Shown here: positions 60,811-64,000 of the stretch, piece after piece
Layout: every line of letters starts with the position of its first letter
How positions within the stretch are numbered: the stretch's first letter is position 1
Origin: Chloroflexota bacterium
GTDB taxonomy: Bacteria; Chloroflexota; Dehalococcoidia; JABGRK01
Length of the DNA stretch: 64,000 bases
NCBI GenBank assembly: GCA_018648325.1
Contig: JABGRK010000010.1
Location: forward strand, 110,219 to 174,218
Reading direction: 5' to 3'
Notes under the pieces: generated by a model
The model's input: the letters and a program-made list of their open reading frames with translations, nothing else
The model's database searches: none
Told to the model about the DNA's origin: nothing
Position numbers and translations under genes: made by a program

Positions 60811-62046
60811 TTACTTCACGCTTTTAGTTAACTCAGAAACCATGTCTTTCAGTCCGCAGGCCAGTTCGGCCAACTTCCCGCAGTTCACAAGATCAATAGT
60901 GTCTTTTGGCGTGTGCGTGATATTTGCCAGCGCCTCCCCCATTTGCTCGGAGGTAACCGCCAGCGCTGGTATCTGCTGCTGCACAAAGATCATGTGGTCC
61001 CCCTGATACCACGGCTGGCCCTCTATCAGTTCTTCACGATTGCCAAGTGTATTACAGATGAGTTGTGCCATGGTTTCCGGGCACTGATAGAGTGAGTAGG
61101 CGGTTTTACCATCATGATAACCTGCGTCATCGATATTGATCACCAGTTTGATATCCTTAAGCGTTGCTTGATTTGCGGCCAGGTACTGTATCTGGCCGGA
61201 GGCGGCATAGTAGTCCTCACCGTTAAAGGCGATGATCTCAAGGCCAAGTGGCCCTTTGTAGTCGGCAAGCAGTTCTGCTAGCGCAAGCAGGGTGGCCACA
61301 CCCGCAGCATTGTCCAGCGCACCCGGCGTATATTTTCTGGAGTCGATGTGCGCGCAGAAGATGAGTTTTCGTGCGTCCTGCGGGCCTTTTGTGGCGATGA
61401 CGTTGCAGCCCTTAGACTCAATACGCTTGGACATAAAATCGAGCGTGATCTCAGTTCCAGCGTGAGCTAATAAGCACTCACCGTGAACGTCTTTCATGTA
61501 CACCGACGGGATATCGAAATCACCGTCCTCAATGAGCGGAAACGGGTACATTGCGCCAACCAGTTCCGGGTCCTTTCCCGTCGCGCAGATGATGGCTGCA
61601 GGTGCTTTTTCCTCTAACAGCGATATGATCTTTTTATGCTCGTCTGGATTATAGAAGGGGAAGTTTTTGGGCATAAGCTGTTGGCTGGCAATCTGGCCGT
61701 GAATGAGCAGTATTTTGCCCCCGATCTCGCTTTGCGTCAGTTCTTCAACCGTCGATGCAGCGGCAAGTGTCGCGGTTCCGCTATAGCCCAGAGTGTACGG
61801 GCTCACGTACGCCTCAAACATATCTTTACCCGCCTTGAGATTAACGCTGCCATGCTCCCAGTCTATACAATCGAAATCTGGGCAAGCCGTTTTAAATCCG
61901 AACGAGGAGATCGTTTTATCAAAAAAGTCCGTTGCCTGCCGGTTGCCCGGCGCTCCCGGTGAGCGGTCGGTGATGTTCACGCATAGCTCTTTCACATAGC
62001 GATGGATGGTTTCTGTAAGTTTATCTGTGGTCAAGTCGTCCTCCAA
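60811..62046 (-). CDS. M28-family aminopeptidase with PA domain
   Basis: CAHIDS, GALDNAAG, NGED, INID, GDH, HTPKDT. Confidence 0.85.
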   Translation of the reverse strand: MEDDLTTDKLTETIHRYVKELCVNITDRSPGAPGNRQATDFFDKTISSFGFKTACPDFDCIDWEHGSVNLKAGKDMFEAYVSPYTLGYSGTATLAAASTVEELTQSEIGGKILLIHGQIASQQLMPKNFPFYNPDEHKKIISLLEEKAPAAIICATGKDPELVGAMYPFPLIEDGDFDIPSVYMKDVHGECLLAHAGTEITLDFMSKRIESKGCNVIATKGPQDARKLIFCAHIDSRKYTPGALDNAAGVATLLALAELLADYKGPLGLEIIAFNGEDYYAASGQIQYLAANQATLKDIKLVINIDDAGYHDGKTAYSLYQCPETMAQLICNTLGNREELIEGQPWYQGDHMIFVQQQIPALAVTSEQMGEALANITHTPKDTIDLVNCGKLAELACGLKDMVSELTKSVK

Positions 62047-62104
62047 AAATTTACTCCAATAACAATCATATAACTATGGTGGGCTAATAGAGGGTTAGGT
62101 GCTA

Positions 62105-62878
62105 TTATCCGGTCGTCATCGCTTTTACCAGCTTTACCATGTTTCTGGCGCTTTTTTCTATCTCGCCCAGCTTCATGAGCCACTGGTCGGTATTATAAAA
62201 CTGGTAGGCGTGTGTATCATCCGGTGGATAGTCATCAGGGACAGGCAGGCCTAGAGCTTGCCGTATGTTATCTGTATTGCCTTCATCCAGCAGATGCAGC
62301 ATACGCAGGATGGACATGGTGCTAAAGCGTGCCTGACGCAGGGTGCGGATAACGCGCAGTCGGTTGAGTTCCGATGTGCCATAGAGACGGTAGCCGCTTT
62401 TGGGATCACGCGGGACGCCAATCATGCCATTGCGTTCCCAGTTGTACAGGGCATCCTTGGTAGTGTGCAGCAACTGCGCCGCTTTACTGATCGAAATTGG
62501 CTTTAAATGATCCTCTGCGGCGGTGCTTTGAGCCCAGTGCTCCAGCACGTCGGCTGCAGCTTCTGCACGACCTCGCTCGTCGCGTATCAGCCTGTGGTGG
62601 GCGCGGGCGTTTGTCAGTGCAGTCGTTAGATTGTTTTTCGCCGAGGCGTATATCACCGCCAGCGCTGAGCGTCTGATATCACTACCCAGCCATGTACTGC
62701 ACAGCGCCAGCCTGATAAGCCGCGCCTGATCGAGGTGCAGTTTGGTAAACAGGCGATATCCGTTATCACCACGCGGTACGGGAGGCAGGAAGCCAAGCTG
62801 CTCGTACAGACGTATGGTGTTATGATGCACGCCAACGGCCTTGGCGATATCGGATGTGCGCAGGTGATGGGTAGTCAT
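62105..62878 (-). CDS. MerR-family regulator with two HTH domains
   Basis: IAKAVGVHHNTIRLYE..NGYRLF and a second AAQLLHTT..LYNWERNG..SGYRLY. Confidence 0.85.
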   Translation of the reverse strand: MTTHHLRTSDIAKAVGVHHNTIRLYEQLGFLPPVPRGDNGYRLFTKLHLDQARLIRLALCSTWLGSDIRRSALAVIYASAKNNLTTALTNARAHHRLIRDERGRAEAAADVLEHWAQSTAAEDHLKPISISKAAQLLHTTKDALYNWERNGMIGVPRDPKSGYRLYGTSELNRLRVIRTLRQARFSTMSILRMLHLLDEGNTDNIRQALGLPVPDDYPPDDTHAYQFYNTDQWLMKLGEIEKSARNMVKLVKAMTTG

Positions 62879-62893
62879 GGGGCTATTCTACCA

Positions 62894-64000
62894 TTACTTG
62901 GGTTCAACCTCATTAACCTCTGTTGCAGATCTTTTAGATGGATAAAAGAATCGGAAACGTATACCCATTCTGCGAGACTCAAATAGAACCCAGCTTAATC
63001 CCAAAACTGCTCCCAATATATCGGATACTGGGAAAGTTATCCATAATCCCATTTGTTCCATTAGCCTGGGTAATATATAGATTAACGGTAGAATAAAAAG
63101 GTATTCACGGGCAAGCCCAATTATAAGCGCCGGTAATCCCTTTCCAATACCCTGGAAGAATGCGCTGGGAATCTGACGAGCTCCCATTGTCAGGTATACG
63201 ATTGCAAAAAGCCTCATTGCCGGAATACCTTGCTCTACAAACTGGGGCTCTGAGTTAAATACCGATAGAATCTGCTTTGGAAAGATTAAGGCAAGCAGGG
63301 CACACAGTAATCCCCAAATAAAAGAAGCCTTCATCGCTTTGACAAATACCTCTCCCACACGATTCAGGTTTTTTGCCCCGTAATTATATCCAATTAACGG
63401 CAACGCGCCCTCTGTTATACCCAACGAAGGCATCCTGGCGAAACTGTTGGTGCGAAAAATAACACCCATCACTGCAACAATAGTCACTCCAAACCCTACC
63501 GCAACTCTATTGATGAAAATCATGAGGACTGAAAATCCGCCGAAGCGCAATATCGACGGAAGGCCGACTCGATATATTTCCCATAATACCTTCAAACGGG
63601 GAATGAAATTGCTCAAACGGAATTTGGCAGATGATCTGCCAGAGACGAAAAAGTAAATATATAAGATTGCTCCTATACTACGAGCGATAACAGTGGCAGT
63701 TGCTGCTCCGGCTATGCCCATCTCCGGAAAAGGACCCCAACCGAAGATCAATATCGGATCCAGAACTAAGTTGGTTAACATGCCAATAATGTGTACAACG
63801 CTGGCATACATGGGAGAACCTTCTGCTCGCACAACGTGTCCCATACCCATGTAAAACGTTTCTACTACTGCAAACATCAATATAATGTACAAATAATCTT
63901 GCCCGAAGGAGAGCACGGAGCCAGAAGCACCAAGTATATTTAGCAGTCCGGTTAAATAGGGCAAAGTGATCGCGGTAGCAAGGCCACCAATTATTAGAAG
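62894..64000 (-). CDS. MATE-family efflux transporter (5' end outside window)
   Basis: NLVLDPILIFG, GIAGAATAT, IGYNYGA, FFQGIG; frame open to the window end. Confidence 0.9.
   Translation of the reverse strand, partial: LLIIGGLATAITLPYLTGLLNILGASGSVLSFGQDYLYIILMFAVVETFYMGMGHVVRAEGSPMYASVVHIIGMLTNLVLDPILIFGWGPFPEMGIAGAATATVIARSIGAILYIYFFVSGRSSAKFRLSNFIPRLKVLWEIYRVGLPSILRFGGFSVLMIFINRVAVGFGVTIVAVMGVIFRTNSFARMPSLGITEGALPLIGYNYGAKNLNRVGEVFVKAMKASFIWGLLCALLALIFPKQILSVFNSEPQFVEQGIPAMRLFAIVYLTMGARQIPSAFFQGIGKGLPALIIGLAREYLFILPLIYILPRLMEQMGLWITFPVSDILGAVLGLSWVLFESRRMGIRFRFFYPSKRSATEVNEVEPK

Overview
A 64 kb chromosomal window from an anaerobic bacterium. Gene content and order (dnaA-obgE-nadD...gyrB; rplI-dnaB-dnaD-tandem AAA loader; iorAB) suggest Chloroflexota, probably Dehalococcoidia; this assignment is an inference. 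The window spans the probable replication origin (about 42.6-42.87 kb), which has variant TTATCCCCA DnaA boxes. It also carries a PyrR-attenuated pyrimidine operon with a PyrB-PyrI(Zn) fusion and two divergent carB genes, a single-chain purL, purA and two tRNA-Ser genes. A Fur-boxed iron locus has a split FeoB interrupted by an FTR1 permease. An AT-rich array of small accessory genes (7.8-12.1 kb) has spacers sharing a repeated promoter-bearing element. Three predicted surface/exported protein genes are frameshifted at slippery runs, one gene has an in-frame TAG, and dnaA (CTG) and pyrC (ATA) appear to use non-canonical starts. No transposase, integrase, prophage, rRNA or CRISPR array was seen. 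All family calls are by eye; no searches were run.
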